From Carpediemonas membranifera BICM (Eukaryota; Protista; Fornicata), in the NCBI GenBank assembly GCA_019828565.1, contig JAHDYR010000062.1, forward strand, positions 359,666 to 423,665: a DNA stretch of 64,000 nucleotides, read 5' to 3'. A program made the position numbers and the translations under genes. The notes under the pieces are model-generated. The model was not told the origin of the DNA. It ran no database searches and saw only the letters and a program-made list of their open reading frames with translations. Positions 10,436 through 20,854 of the stretch are shown piece by piece (within the stretch, counting starts at the first letter, position 1; every line of letters starts with the position of its first letter).

Positions 10436-11498
10436 CTAAACTGCGAGCGGCGGGACAAGCCTAGGGCCCAGGGACAGCAGAGACCCGCCACGCCCCAGTC
10501 CAGTGCCAGCCCCAGACCCGGCGGTGTCGAAGTAGAGGCACAGCTTCGTCTCCTCTGGCCACTTCTTGTGCTTCTTGTCCTTGCACGCCTTGTCGATCTC
10601 GGGCTTGGTCAGGGTTACTGCCCCGCCTCGAACAAATGCAGTGTGGACCCATGCTGTGGCGCACACCTTCTTCTTGCCACGCCACCCGTGTTGGCCGTAG
10701 ATTACGAACTTGGCGTCGCCGCAAAGCATGATCTCCTTGCCAGACAGCGGGACCTCGCGGGGCTGACCCGCCTTGGGGGCGACAGTCATCGGGGACCGGT
10801 AGACTTCGAATGTGTTGACGAGAATGACGATGGAGAACTTGCTGTATTTCTTTGGGAGACCAGTGAGGCTCACCGACTTCAGCCGCAGGGCCAGCAGGGA
10901 CGGGGCAGTGCTGCGTGTGAGATACCGCTCGAAGTAGTGGATGTAGCGGGTCTGGGAGGGGATCGTCACGCCCTTCTGGTTCTTGGTACGGGCGGCGCCG
11001 TAGAATTTGAGTGAATCAACTGCCTTGGTCCAGTAGCCGGAGTAGAGCATGTACGCGCAGATCATGACGCCCGTGCGGCCTTTGCCGGCCTTGCAACTGT
11101 GTGAGAGAGGGGAGGGGAACATACTGGACACAGCAGACGTTCTCAGGGTCTTTCTGAAGCCATGCGTGCATGTCCTTGACGCAGTCCTCAATCATGAAGA
11201 AGGGCGGCGCGTTGTGGTCGTCGAATGGGAAGTAGGCGACACGTCCGTCGAAAACGGTGGCGGGGTACTGACGTGAGGCCTCGGAGCACAGGTTGTATAC
11301 CTTGTAGTGCGAGCCGTGCTTACTATCCAGATAGCCCTTCAAATGGCTCAGAGGGTTGCGAAATATGGCCTCGCGGCCGGTACTGGGGAAACCCATGGCA
11401 ACAATGTTGGGCGTCACGTAGGCCATGTCGAGATCGAAGCCATCGATCACTAAGCGACGTTTCTTCTTGCTAACTAACTTTCTAAGCTTCGCCTGCAT
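10436..11498 (-). CDS. PTEN: PTEN-like phosphoinositide 3-phosphatase with C2 domain; exons 11498-11125 and 11096-10436
   Basis: VSKKKRR..DGFDLDMAY, YKVYNLCSE, FPFDDHNAPP; splicing rebuilds catalytic VHCKAGKGRTG; GVTIPSQTRY. Confidence 0.93.
11097..11124 (-). other. Spliceosomal intron (28 nt) in PTEN
   Basis: GTATGT...CTCACACAG; splits the His codon of HCKAGKGR. Confidence 0.92.
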
Positions 11499-12000
11499 CG
11501 TTAGGAGCAAGAAGCTGCTGGGACGTGCGGTTGAACACAGAGCGGTGCAGTTTAAATATCGACGAAAAACCGCTCGTTGAGGGTGTTGCCAGGGTCTACC
11601 GAGCCGCTAAAGACGACTATGGGCGTTGCTGTGACATCTAATTACATCTCCGAGAATCCATGGCTGACTTGAATCGGTGTTGTCGACTCCAGCAAGTCAA
11701 CAGGCGTCAGAGTCGGTTACGAGTCGTACAATCCAAATGTTTAGTCGCAACTTTATGGACGGCACTGATCAGTTGGGCCGAGCATTTTGGCGATCTGGCA
11801 AACGAACCGGGGGCGAGTGTGAAGCCTCTGAGCCGACTCCCAAAATCCTGTAGAGAGGGAACAGAACTCTTCCAAACCCACCCCAGTACCGATGCAGAGA
11901 TGATGATGTCTACACTGACGTCCTTTGCTCTCGTCTCCCACAGCATAAGGAGCCACGCCTTGCATTCCCACTGTCCGGTGTCAAGATCCGATTTTTTTAC

Positions 12001-13392
12001 CTACTCAACTCTCGCGGCCTTCTTCGCGGCCTTGGCCTCCTTCTTCGCCTTCTTGGCGGCCTTCCGTGCCTTGCGCTCCTCCTTGGTCTCGCCCTCGTGT
12101 TTGCTCTTCTTCTCCTTCTTCTCCACGACGGGCTCCTCGACCTCAGCGGCCTTCCGCTTCACGGCAACGGGCTGGGGCACAGGCACAGCGGCAGCAGGGG
12201 CGGGGTTCTCCTCGACGTCGGTTCCCCTGACGTGCAGGGGGCCGTACGCGTCCTGCCAGTTCTCGGGCGTGTTCTCGTTGGGGCGGCCGAACTTATCGAG
12301 CTTGCCCTCCTTGACGAGCTGCTGCTTGATCTTTGCGACGGGGCCCTTGCCCCACTCCCTGGGGTACGTGTCCCGCTCCATGATCACCCGCTTGAGTCGG
12401 GCCACCACGCCCTTGCCGTCCTTGGCCGTGCCCAGGCCGACCGTGTTCATCTGGGCCACGCCGACGGCGACGGCCTCGCCCTTGGTTGTCATGATCACTA
12501 CCTGGTCGCCGGCCTCGATGCCCTCGTCGAACCGGAGTAGGCCGGGGAGGAGGAGCTTGGCGCCGTAGCAGATGGCGTTGACGGCGGTGTCCTTGATGAC
12601 GAGGCGCTTGTACGTTGTGAGCAGCACCTCGAGGGGCATGACCACGCGCCTGAGGTAGCTCTCGTCGCCCTTGTTCTCGTAGGCCCACATGGCGTCGAGG
12701 ACGTCGTGCATTGTGACGAGGCGGTCCTTCTCGGTCAGGTGGCCTGTACGGATACGGCGGAGCTCCTGCATGTGCCCTCCAACACCGAGGAGGAGGCCCA
12801 GGTGCTCGCAGAGGGTACGGATGTAGGTGCCGGCCTCGCAGGAGACCTTGAGGACAGCAAGCTGGCGCTCACCGTCGAACTGGAGCAGGTCGATGGAGTA
12901 GACCGTACGGATGCGGAGGACCTTCTTCACAGCGGACTCGAGAGGGGGGCGCTGGAACAGGGTGCCGGTGAGCTCGTTCAGAGCGCGCTTGAGGGCGTCG
13001 ACACCAGAAATCTTGCCGTGGAGAGAAAGAATAGCGACGTACTCCTTGCCAGCGCCCTGCTGGGACTTCACAAGGCGGGTGGCGCGGTCAATGCAGACGG
13101 AGAGGCAGCCAGTAACCTTGGGATCGAGGGTACCGCTGTGGCCAGTCTTATCGCATTTCAGAATCCTCTTGATCCAGGAAACAACCTCGTGAGAAGAGGG
13201 GTTCGAAGGCTTGTCGAGGTTAATCACACCATAGCGCATGTGCTCCTTGAGAGGGCGCTTAAGGGGGTTAAATCCCTCCTTGAGCTGCTTAAAATCATTG
13301 CTCCGGACATGAAGATCACTGTAGTTCTTCAGAAGAAGAGGCCAGTTAGATGTATCAATTGGCTTGGCAGGAACGTCTGCTACCGAAGACAT
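12001..13392 (-). CDS. CBF5: H/ACA snoRNP pseudouridine synthase Cbf5/dyskerin
   Basis: [39 protein letters not shown] domain, K-rich tail; start taken at MSSVADVP. Confidence 0.97.
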   Translation of the reverse strand: MSSVADVPAKPIDTSNWPLLLKNYSDLHVRSNDFKQLKEGFNPLKRPLKEHMRYGVINLDKPSNPSSHEVVSWIKRILKCDKTGHSGTLDPKVTGCLSVCIDRATRLVKSQQGAGKEYVAILSLHGKISGVDALKRALNELTGTLFQRPPLESAVKKVLRIRTVYSIDLLQFDGERQLAVLKVSCEAGTYIRTLCEHLGLLLGVGGHMQELRRIRTGHLTEKDRLVTMHDVLDAMWAYENKGDESYLRRVVMPLEVLLTTYKRLVIKDTAVNAICYGAKLLLPGLLRFDEGIEAGDQVVIMTTKGEAVAVGVAQMNTVGLGTAKDGKGVVARLKRVIMERDTYPREWGKGPVAKIKQQLVKEGKLDKFGRPNENTPENWQDAYGPLHVRGTDVEENPAPAAAVPVPQPVAVKRKAAEVEEPVVEKKEKKSKHEGETKEERKARKAAKKAKKEAKAAKKAARVE

Positions 13393-13564
13393 GGGCCGCA
13401 CGATGCTCACTCGTCCAAAGTCGCGCAGTTTATGCTCAAAATTGGCCTTCGTTTGTGCGTTTGCTGGCGTCACAACGAAAGTCTGCCACCAATTATCTGC
13501 TGAATTCGAAACACTGCAAATACTGCTCCAAGGACGCGAAGCTCAGGACCATCACTAGTGCCGA

Positions 13565-14065
13565 TTAACGACCCCTCCGGTCCCGGTCATACGGCCGGTC
13601 CCTCCGCCGGTCGTAACCCCCATCCCTCGGCCCTCCCCAGTCATCGCGGCCCCTGGACCCGTCGGACCCACGGCCTCTGTCATAGCGCCTGTCATCGAAG
13701 CGGGGCCGGCTGTAGCCGTCTCGCGAATCCCTGCTGTACCCACGGCCACGGTCATCACCGCCATCACGGCGCATATCCCGCCGTTCTGTCCGCTGCGTCT
13801 GTGGAGCGAACTTTTGAAGAGCAATGCGCATACGGATCTGGCGCTGGATATACAGAGCCCATATTTTGTCTGTAAAGCCATAGTTGTACCGTGTATCGAG
13901 CTCTACGCGCTTTGTAACATGCTCCTGCTCGTGTGCAAGAAGCTGAAGAAGAGATCCATCTTCAAGCACAATTTCAACGGGGTCCTCTTCTTCCTCCTCA
14001 TACTGCTCCTCCTCGTCATACCCTGACAGGTACATCAATCTCGGATCCTCAGCCATGTCGTCCAT
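13565..14065 (-). CDS. FIP1: Fip1-like pre-mRNA 3'-processing factor (minimal)
   Basis: Acidic N-terminus, RYNYGFTDKIWALYIQRQIRMR (cf. Fip1 motif YFNYGFNExTWxxYCxKQxxxR), RD/RG-rich tail. Confidence 0.72.
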   Translation of the reverse strand: MDDMAEDPRLMYLSGYDEEEQYEEEEEDPVEIVLEDGSLLQLLAHEQEHVTKRVELDTRYNYGFTDKIWALYIQRQIRMRIALQKFAPQTQRTERRDMRRDGGDDRGRGYSRDSRDGYSRPRFDDRRYDRGRGSDGSRGRDDWGGPRDGGYDRRRDRPYDRDRRGR

Positions 14066-14159
14066 CTCACTGCAAACGATGGTACTTGCCGAAATACGCA
14101 CAGTTAGAGGTGATAAGAATGTAGTCATTCTCCCGCTACCGCTTTACTAAACGTCCTAA

Positions 14160-15158
14160 CTACCTCATCAGGGGCTTCTCGTCAGCCCGCTTCTCCCTGG
14201 ACACCCACCACTGCCTCCCCACCAGGGCCAGATGAGCAAGAGCCACCACCACGAACTGGAGGTGCCGAAGAATCTCAGCAAGGTCCAGCACGACTCTCTC
14301 AGCATAGTGGATGAGGAGATATGACAGTCCTGTCTGAGAGAGCGCGGCGAGTTGGATGGCGATGGCAAATATGTACAGACCAGAAATAAGTGGCCACGGG
14401 AGGATGAAGGAGACAATCATGGCGATGGTGGACATGCGGATGGACTTGGTGTGGGATATACGGTTCATGTAAATGGCTGTGATCGTGAAGACGACGACAA
14501 AGCTGAGGATGAGCAGGCCCATCATGATGAAACGGACCAGAGACAGCCCCTCCGAGACAAGGGAGGCCTGCTTGGCACCGTAACGCTGGTACACACACTC
14601 CTTGACGACCAGGGTGAATAAGTATTCGGCGGCAAACACGGCCGAGATGGCTGTGGCGAGGGCGTGCTCCCATAGGGGCACTATCAGGGCCCTGGGCCGG
14701 GTGAGGTACTCGGCCAGGGCGACTGTCCGTGACCTCTGGACCCTGAATAGGACGAATGCAGTGCTCAGGGCGAGACTTTCGCCGTAAAAGAGGAACCAGA
14801 CACCCAAGATGTTGCCAAAGTTCAGCCAGTAGAGGTCGGCCGAAATCGCCTTGAGGTGGTGGCAGAAGGGGGAGTGGTGGAACGTCTCGAGCTCGCATAT
14901 GCCGACTTTGAGAAGGGATGACGACGCGGAAAACATGTTGATGAACGTGAAAACGGCCTCGGAGATTAGCCACACAAGAACAATGAGCCATACCCTGCTG
15001 AAGTACATGCGGTGCAGGTTCTTAAGCCGTAAGTAGATGATAAGGAAGAGCAACATGAAAAGCATGGTTGGCAAGGATAATAGGACAGATATCATCCATC
15101 CACTCTCAGTAACGAGATTAGCAGCATAAAGGATGTGTTCTCGCGACTCTGACGACAT
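14160..15158 (-). CDS. Polytopic membrane protein (about 7 TM segments), function unknown
   Basis: About seven hydrophobic segments; AGTAAA shortly after stop; start taken at MSSESREH. Confidence 0.7.
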   Translation of the reverse strand: MSSESREHILYAANLVTESGWMISVLLSLPTMLFMLLFLIIYLRLKNLHRMYFSRVWLIVLVWLISEAVFTFINMFSASSSLLKVGICELETFHHSPFCHHLKAISADLYWLNFGNILGVWFLFYGESLALSTAFVLFRVQRSRTVALAEYLTRPRALIVPLWEHALATAISAVFAAEYLFTLVVKECVYQRYGAKQASLVSEGLSLVRFIMMGLLILSFVVVFTITAIYMNRISHTKSIRMSTIAMIVSFILPWPLISGLYIFAIAIQLAALSQTGLSYLLIHYAERVVLDLAEILRHLQFVVVALAHLALVGRQWWVSREKRADEKPLMR

Positions 15159-15367
15159 AGAAGGTGCTGCCAGCTTGCTTGTCGTTTCGCGTGTGAATTG
15201 TGTAGTTTGTCTCCCTCTGAGCCGGGCCCTTCCTGGCAACTAGCCTCTTCGCTGGCCGCAACCCCTCCGACAGGGTCAACCATAAAACCCTGAATAGTAT
15301 CACGCAGTTTATGTTACTGATCTCGTTTTTCCCCAATCATTTTTTTTCATCAGTAGCATCACAGTTG

Positions 15368-17449
15368 ATGGGCAATTCGTTTGGCACTGGAAACGCCGAA
15401 AATGAACGCCTGCGAAAGCTTATTGCTGAGAAGGATCAACATCTTGCTGAGAAGGATCAACATCTTGCTGAGAAGGATCAACATCTTGCTGAGAAGGACC
15501 AACAACTGAACGAGAGCAAGAGGTTCCAATTCTTAACGGAGTATTCGATCCCAGATGGCGCGTTTATTGGGAAGGAATACAATACTGCGACCAGATTGAG
15601 CCTTATTGATAATGCCATTGGTATGACCAAGGTTATTTGCGACTATCAGCTTCGCGTCTTCCCCTCACCCGTGTTCACTCAGCTTGCCCGCACAGCCGAA
15701 GAACACGAGATTCCTTGCGATATTGCGGATATGTCGCCCCCTGAGGTTTCGTTAGCCGCCCAGGCTCGTTCTTCCCAGTTTACTTTTCGGCAGACTTTCA
15801 CACCAGAAACCAGCGTTGAAGAAACAAGATATCAACGCTTGTCGCAACTCACCATTGATGGACATGTTGACCTGAATTTCGTCGAATTCCACACTGAACC
15901 CCAGAAGGAACTGATTCGAAACCTCATGATCCACATTTTGTTCGAACCAATCTGCATTCAGGCGCTTGCTCTCCTGATGGCTAATCCTACTGGTTTGGCC
16001 AACTTGAAGCACGGTTTCGATGCTGTTGTCCGATATTTCAGTCTGCAGAGATCTCCGCCGCCGCTTGCATTTAGGCGCTTGTGGCTTTTTGCCGAACTTA
16101 TTGCGGGCGTTGAGCTCGTCAGTGAGGACATCACCTGGCATATCCCACAGCCAGACTACGAAAACTTACTGGACGAGGATGTCTATGTGACGATGAGGCT
16201 GAGTAAGCCATGCCACCGCCACGGCCTGCTCAATAACATGCTCGGAACACGAGGCTGCATCCAGACTACCCGGAGGTCAGTTCATATCAAGCAACTGATT
16301 GGTCGTTTTAACGCCATGATCAATCGAACTCTCACCAACAATGCCCAACGAGATTTCCTTGCTGGCGTGTGCGCCCGCTGGAGTGAAAGAGACACCGAAG
16401 GCAACTTTGCTGTTGAAGGCGAGGAGGGGCTTACCGAACCCCGTGAGAGAGAAGTGAGGGCGATAGTCACCACGCTCATCGAGGCATTGTCGAAGCATAA
16501 TCTATCATTGCAGAATTTCGACCGCATTCAACGCACTTTAGACCCAGATAGGGCCGAGACCAGTTTTGCTGGCCTCCGTCCTCCCGGGCTGGAAGTCATC
16601 GTCAGGAACAAGTTCTCCTGGGCAACCGAGCCCGTCGTGGTGCACCATGGCTGTTCTTCGCATGACGTGCTCAACCTCGTCCAGGCCTTTGTGGAATCGC
16701 TGAATTCGGCAGCCATGCTGACGCACACCTCGGACCACGCCAACCCCAGCCTTGGCGATCGTGTTGCCGCCCTCGGCGTGTTCGGGTTCCAGTTCGCGCA
16801 CATCCATCCTTTCAACGACGGCAACGGGCGTACAGCAAGATACTTGTTTCAGGCTGCGATGCACGCCTGTGGTGTTCCAGCAGCAATCGCTGGGGCGCCG
16901 CATTCACTCATCATACACCGTTCTAGGCGTCTGCGGGAGCTATTCTACCGCTCGCAAGACAACATCAGCATGCAACTGATGCGCGTTATCGAGCAAAAAG
17001 ACCCCCTTATCAAGATGCGACCCGATTGTGAGGTTCAGAAAGATTTTCACTCCTTCTTCGGGTACCACTCGCCGTCTTCTGTTTATTTCGCTTATTATGA
17101 CGCAACCGTGTTTTCTGCTGCTGCGCTGGAGGCAGCTTTGGCTGTCCACTGCTTCATCGATGCCTCGATGCAACTTGAGGCGATTCTCTCATCCCTCAAA
17201 CAATTCAATTGCTCGAATTCCACACTCGAAGAGTTTACTACACTTGGCAACATCCTGATGAAGGGCCCGATGGACTCAGCCCAGTCTGCACTCCACACCA
17301 CGATGATGCGTCGGTACCCACCCTGTTATGACTCGCCGACCCAGCCCTGGGAGCTTGGCGAGTGGGTTGACACGAGACAATGGATGATGACACATGAGGA
17401 TTGCAGCGAGGACCTCAAGCAGACCCTGAAGGAATTGACATCAGAATAA
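15368..17449 (+). CDS. Fic/DOC-domain protein with MG N-terminus and heptad repeats
   Basis: Complete HPFNDGNGRTAR motif at 16805-16840; starts MGNSFG; repeats of HLAEKDQ. Confidence 0.88.
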   Translation: MGNSFGTGNAENERLRKLIAEKDQHLAEKDQHLAEKDQHLAEKDQQLNESKRFQFLTEYSIPDGAFIGKEYNTATRLSLIDNAIGMTKVICDYQLRVFPSPVFTQLARTAEEHEIPCDIADMSPPEVSLAAQARSSQFTFRQTFTPETSVEETRYQRLSQLTIDGHVDLNFVEFHTEPQKELIRNLMIHILFEPICIQALALLMANPTGLANLKHGFDAVVRYFSLQRSPPPLAFRRLWLFAELIAGVELVSEDITWHIPQPDYENLLDEDVYVTMRLSKPCHRHGLLNNMLGTRGCIQTTRRSVHIKQLIGRFNAMINRTLTNNAQRDFLAGVCARWSERDTEGNFAVEGEEGLTEPREREVRAIVTTLIEALSKHNLSLQNFDRIQRTLDPDRAETSFAGLRPPGLEVIVRNKFSWATEPVVVHHGCSSHDVLNLVQAFVESLNSAAMLTHTSDHANPSLGDRVAALGVFGFQFAHIHPFNDGNGRTARYLFQAAMHACGVPAAIAGAPHSLIIHRSRRLRELFYRSQDNISMQLMRVIEQKDPLIKMRPDCEVQKDFHSFFGYHSPSSVYFAYYDATVFSAAALEAALAVHCFIDASMQLEAILSSLKQFNCSNSTLEEFTTLGNILMKGPMDSAQSALHTTMMRRYPPCYDSPTQPWELGEWVDTRQWMMTHEDCSEDLKQTLKELTSE
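15423..15504 (+). repeat. 21-bp coding tandem repeat, about 4 copies
   Basis: Unit ttgctgagaaggatcaacatc x3 plus one partial variant copy. Confidence 0.95.
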
Positions 17450-17666
17450 TGGCAGCTCGGTGATTTTTTTTAAAGATTTAGAGTTCGACTACTGCGAGAC
17501 ATCATCAGCTCCGAGGACAAGAACGCCTTCAGCAAGCACCAAATGCAGACCTGCGCTCGACTCACCGGTCCCGATCAGTTGATTAGCACGTCATCACCTA
17601 CGACTAACTTTGCACACACAGAGCACGCGTGACATAACCACCATGAATAAACGATACTCCCGTTAT

Positions 17667-19616
17667 TTACAGGCGGGCGCGGCGTCTTCTAGCCCTGAAA
17701 ACTGCCCATATGCCAACAAGCGCAGCCAGCCCGACGCCAGCTGCACCCGCTGCAACGACGGGGTCAACGTGGATAGTGCGACGGCCGTCAACAGAAGGCG
17801 CGGGTGCAGTGACGACCTTAGTCAAGAAGTCGGTGAGGTCGACCAGTTCGGCGTGTGACACGCGATATGTGGCCAGTACCTTCTGGATCGGTTCAGAGAG
17901 CGTCTCCTCGGTGGCGACGGCCACCACCACGGGCATACCGGCCTGAGCCGCCATGTGGACAGTTCCGGCGAGCCCGGACAGCGCCTCCCCACCGGCGTGT
18001 GACAGGACAATGACGTAGCCATCGAAGTTGAACAGGTTATCAGGCCCCGCCACCCGCCGCTCACGGGCCCCCAGGTCGGCGTGGGTCAGCCCGACGGTGG
18101 CGAACAGCATGCGGTCGACTCTGACCAGACCTGGGACTGAGGGTCGGGTGTCGCCGATGACGGCCATACGATAAACTCCCCGCTTGGCCGCAGCCTTGGC
18201 GTCATGGCGCCAGTGTGCCCTGAGTGCGACACGGGCCATGTGGGCGAGCTCCTGGGGCGACCGGCCGGGGTTCACAGTCCCTGGAAGCGCGGGGAAGTCA
18301 AGCTCGGTCAACGCCAAGACGAGGCGGGCAGGGGCCGTGGCGGCGAGGGCCTTCCATAAATCAAGCCAGTCGAGCTGGGTCAGGCCTGCAGTGTCGGCGT
18401 CTTCTGCTCTGTAGCGGGGGTTGGCAACGGCAAGAGGGTCTGATTTCAAGAGGGCGAAGATTGACTCGTCGAGCACGCGATATGAGAGGTGATCGGCCTC
18501 GGCGTGGTGCTGGAAGAGGTGGCGGAGCCAATCGAGCAGATCGCGGGTCGGCTCAAAGGCCAGCTGGGGGTCAAAGCCAAGTGCTGTGATTGTCTGCTCA
18601 GCCTCCTCGCGGGTCACGGGCTTGCCGAGGGTTGCGCGAGCAGATTGGATCAGGCCCACAGGATCTGCCATATCTAACCGCATCTCGAGATCAGGCCCAT
18701 ATCCGAAAGCCGTGAGGACGTCCCATACGGCGCCTGCAGCCCCACGCTGCACCAGACTCTCATGGACCCTGAGGAAACCGGCGAGAGTCACGCCAGTACC
18801 ATGGGCTGGGGCGACACAAGGCACCACTCCAGGGGGCCCCTCAGGAGTGTCGAGCACGGCAATGCGCTCCTTGACCTGAGCGATCTCAGTTCCTGTCATC
18901 GCGTGGCCCGTGGCGATGCGCTGCCACTCCTTGAGGTCCTCATCCGCCAGGATTCCAGTGCGGGCCCGGTCGGCGTACATGAAGATGCGAGTGAGCACCC
19001 GGCGGGCCTCCATGGTGAGGTGGCCGTGGGCGAGCAGGGTTGCCGTGGGGTGGCGGGCCAGGTTGACGGCGCTAAAGATTGCGTCGGCCACGCCCTCGCC
19101 AGTCACCGCGGAGACCAGGATCCCGCGCTCTACGCGGAGAGGGCCGTCAGTGTGCTCGGCAACGAGTTTGGTCAATGCTACGCTGAGAGCCTCGCGGTCG
19201 GCAACCTCATCAATCTTGTTCACGGCAAGACACACGGGCGCCTTGGGGGCGTACTGGCTGAGGAGACGGGGGAAACGGCCCTCGAGCACGGTCTTCTCCG
19301 CTGTGATCTCTTCTGGCGATGCAACCAGGATGATGGCGTCCGCCCTCCGAAGAGCTGACGTCAGCTGAGCATGATGCTCGCCCTTGGATGATGTGTCGAC
19401 GAGCACGAGGTTCACAGCGAGGGAAGAATCGAAGCCGAGGTCCTCAAGGGGAACAACAACGTCGGGATAGACGCTCTCCTGTGTTAGCAAGTGAAAGAAA
19501 TGAAAACGAACAGTAGGCTCGGGTTGTGGCTCTCTAACGACAGCTTTGGACACAAATGAGCTTTTACCCACTGATGGATTGCCTATAACCGTGATAGTTG
19601 TCCTGTTTCGCGACAT
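17667..19616 (-). CDS. MIRO: Miro/Gem1-like mitochondrial Rho GTPase; exons 19616-19512 and 19478-17667
   Basis: GNPSVGKSS, LVDTS, NKID; EF-hand-like region LTRIF..ADRARTGILADEDL; GVTLAGFL..H, WDVLTAFGY; C-terminal TM helix plus basic tail. Confidence 0.8.
   Translation of the reverse strand: MSRNRTTITVIGNPSVGKSSFVSKAVVREPQPEPTVRFHFFHLLTQESVYPDVVVPLEDLGFDSSLAVNLVLVDTSSKGEHHAQLTSALRRADAIILVASPEEITAEKTVLEGRFPRLLSQYAPKAPVCLAVNKIDEVADREALSVALTKLVAEHTDGPLRVERGILVSAVTGEGVADAIFSAVNLARHPTATLLAHGHLTMEARRVLTRIFMYADRARTGILADEDLKEWQRIATGHAMTGTEIAQVKERIAVLDTPEGPPGVVPCVAPAHGTGVTLAGFLRVHESLVQRGAAGAVWDVLTAFGYGPDLEMRLDMADPVGLIQSARATLGKPVTREEAEQTITALGFDPQLAFEPTRDLLDWLRHLFQHHAEADHLSYRVLDESIFALLKSDPLAVANPRYRAEDADTAGLTQLDWLDLWKALAATAPARLVLALTELDFPALPGTVNPGRSPQELAHMARVALRAHWRHDAKAAAKRGVYRMAVIGDTRPSVPGLVRVDRMLFATVGLTHADLGARERRVAGPDNLFNFDGYVIVLSHAGGEALSGLAGTVHMAAQAGMPVVVAVATEETLSEPIQKVLATYRVSHAELVDLTDFLTKVVTAPAPSVDGRRTIHVDPVVAAGAAGVGLAALVGIWAVFRARRRRARL
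19479..19511 (-). other. In-frame spliceosomal intron (33 nt) in Miro
   Basis: GTTCGT...GCTAACACAG, T-rich, no stop codon so it is hidden inside the ORF. Confidence 0.8.
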
Positions 19617-19821
19617 GTCGGTCTTTCCTTTGATGCTTCGGGCTCTTGACAATTCTAGACCCGCTGTCACAGGATCCTTTGCCAGACCAGGGTGCATATG
19701 AGTGCTCTGGGAACAGAATTAGGTGTCAGTAACGCCGGTAGACCATCTTTGGGTTGTCACCGACTGTAAAAAGATCAAACAGACGCGAAACATTTAAAAG
19801 CGATTGATAATCGACTCCCTT

Positions 19822-20691
19822 TCATACAGGCATGGAGAAGTCGTGCATCCGCTCGTGTCTGCTGCTCTCGAGCTTCACCAGCCCATCCACGGCGGCCTCA
19901 TACCCGCTGGCCCAGCCCGTCTCTGTCCGGCTGTACGCCTCCTGCATGGGCTCGGGCATGGCCTTGATCAGCGCCTCGTCCAGGCCGAGCAGGGGGTGGA
20001 CCTCGACACCCTCACACCGCTCCTTGACGGGGTCGGATGTTGTCCGCAGGAAGAGCTGGAGGCCGACCACGTCGGTCAGGCGGAGCTGCTGGATGCCGCC
20101 AGCCACCCAGCAGTGCTTGCATGTCTTTTGCCCGGCCACTCCGCTACGGACGATCAGAGGGCCTCGCAAGACTGCGAAGAGCACGCTGACGTTCTCGCAG
20201 TCGAGGATAGCCAGGTGCTTGAGCGGCCCAGTGAATATGTAGGCGCAGTCCCTGCATCCCGAGATGATCACAGTCGACTCGTGCTCAGGGAAGACACGGC
20301 TGTCGTCGGCACGGTCGTGGAGGTACGTCTTGGCTGTCTCGTAGACCTCTTCAGTGGCCAAGTCTTGCTTGACAGCCTCTGTCTTCTCTAGCTTGGAGAT
20401 TTCCTCCTGGACACGCTTCCTGCTGCTGAATGAGAACCTCTTTCTCGGGAAGCGTTGCATCAGCATCGCCTGCTGGGAGGAAAACGACCTAAGTTTCCGA
20501 CGCCACTGCTCAGCTTCGTATCTAGAGAGGCGTGCATCGGCTGAATGCAGGCTCATCGTGCTCCTGGCAATACGAGCCTCCAATTCTTCGGCAATCCGCT
20601 GTGCTTCACTCGTCCCCTCTTCACTTGTTGGATCTTGGCGACTAATGGCCAGTAAATCTGCTTTGCATTGTTGTTCTGTCTCATCATCCAT
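19822..20691 (-). CDS. TBCC: Tubulin-specific chaperone C-like protein
   Basis: PRKRFSFS after helical N-domain; beta-helix region with QQLRLTD and PVKERC (cf. QQLRIH, PIIEDC). Confidence 0.75.
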   Translation of the reverse strand: MDDETEQQCKADLLAISRQDPTSEEGTSEAQRIAEELEARIARSTMSLHSADARLSRYEAEQWRRKLRSFSSQQAMLMQRFPRKRFSFSSRKRVQEEISKLEKTEAVKQDLATEEVYETAKTYLHDRADDSRVFPEHESTVIISGCRDCAYIFTGPLKHLAILDCENVSVLFAVLRGPLIVRSGVAGQKTCKHCWVAGGIQQLRLTDVVGLQLFLRTTSDPVKERCEGVEVHPLLGLDEALIKAMPEPMQEAYSRTETGWASGYEAAVDGLVKLESSRHERMHDFSMPV

Positions 20692-20854
20692 TATTTCCAG
20701 CTTTGTCTTCGTCGACACCTTGGCGCAGATTACGAACTCCGCGTTACAGTGAAGTAGGCTAGCTGTTGACGTGTCCCAAGCGATGTAAACCACCAGGGCA
20801 GGGATCCCGATGATAGACCTTAAACTGCTCGAACAATCGCGTCATTGTCTTTCG

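Noticed and set aside
11016-11191. Apparent frameshift or pseudogene in PTEN (also RPS27, NTF2, RPL6)
   Set aside because: Fully explained by canonical mini-introns
15423-15504. Direct repeats as a CRISPR-like array
   Set aside because: No spacers; it is an in-frame coding tandem repeat
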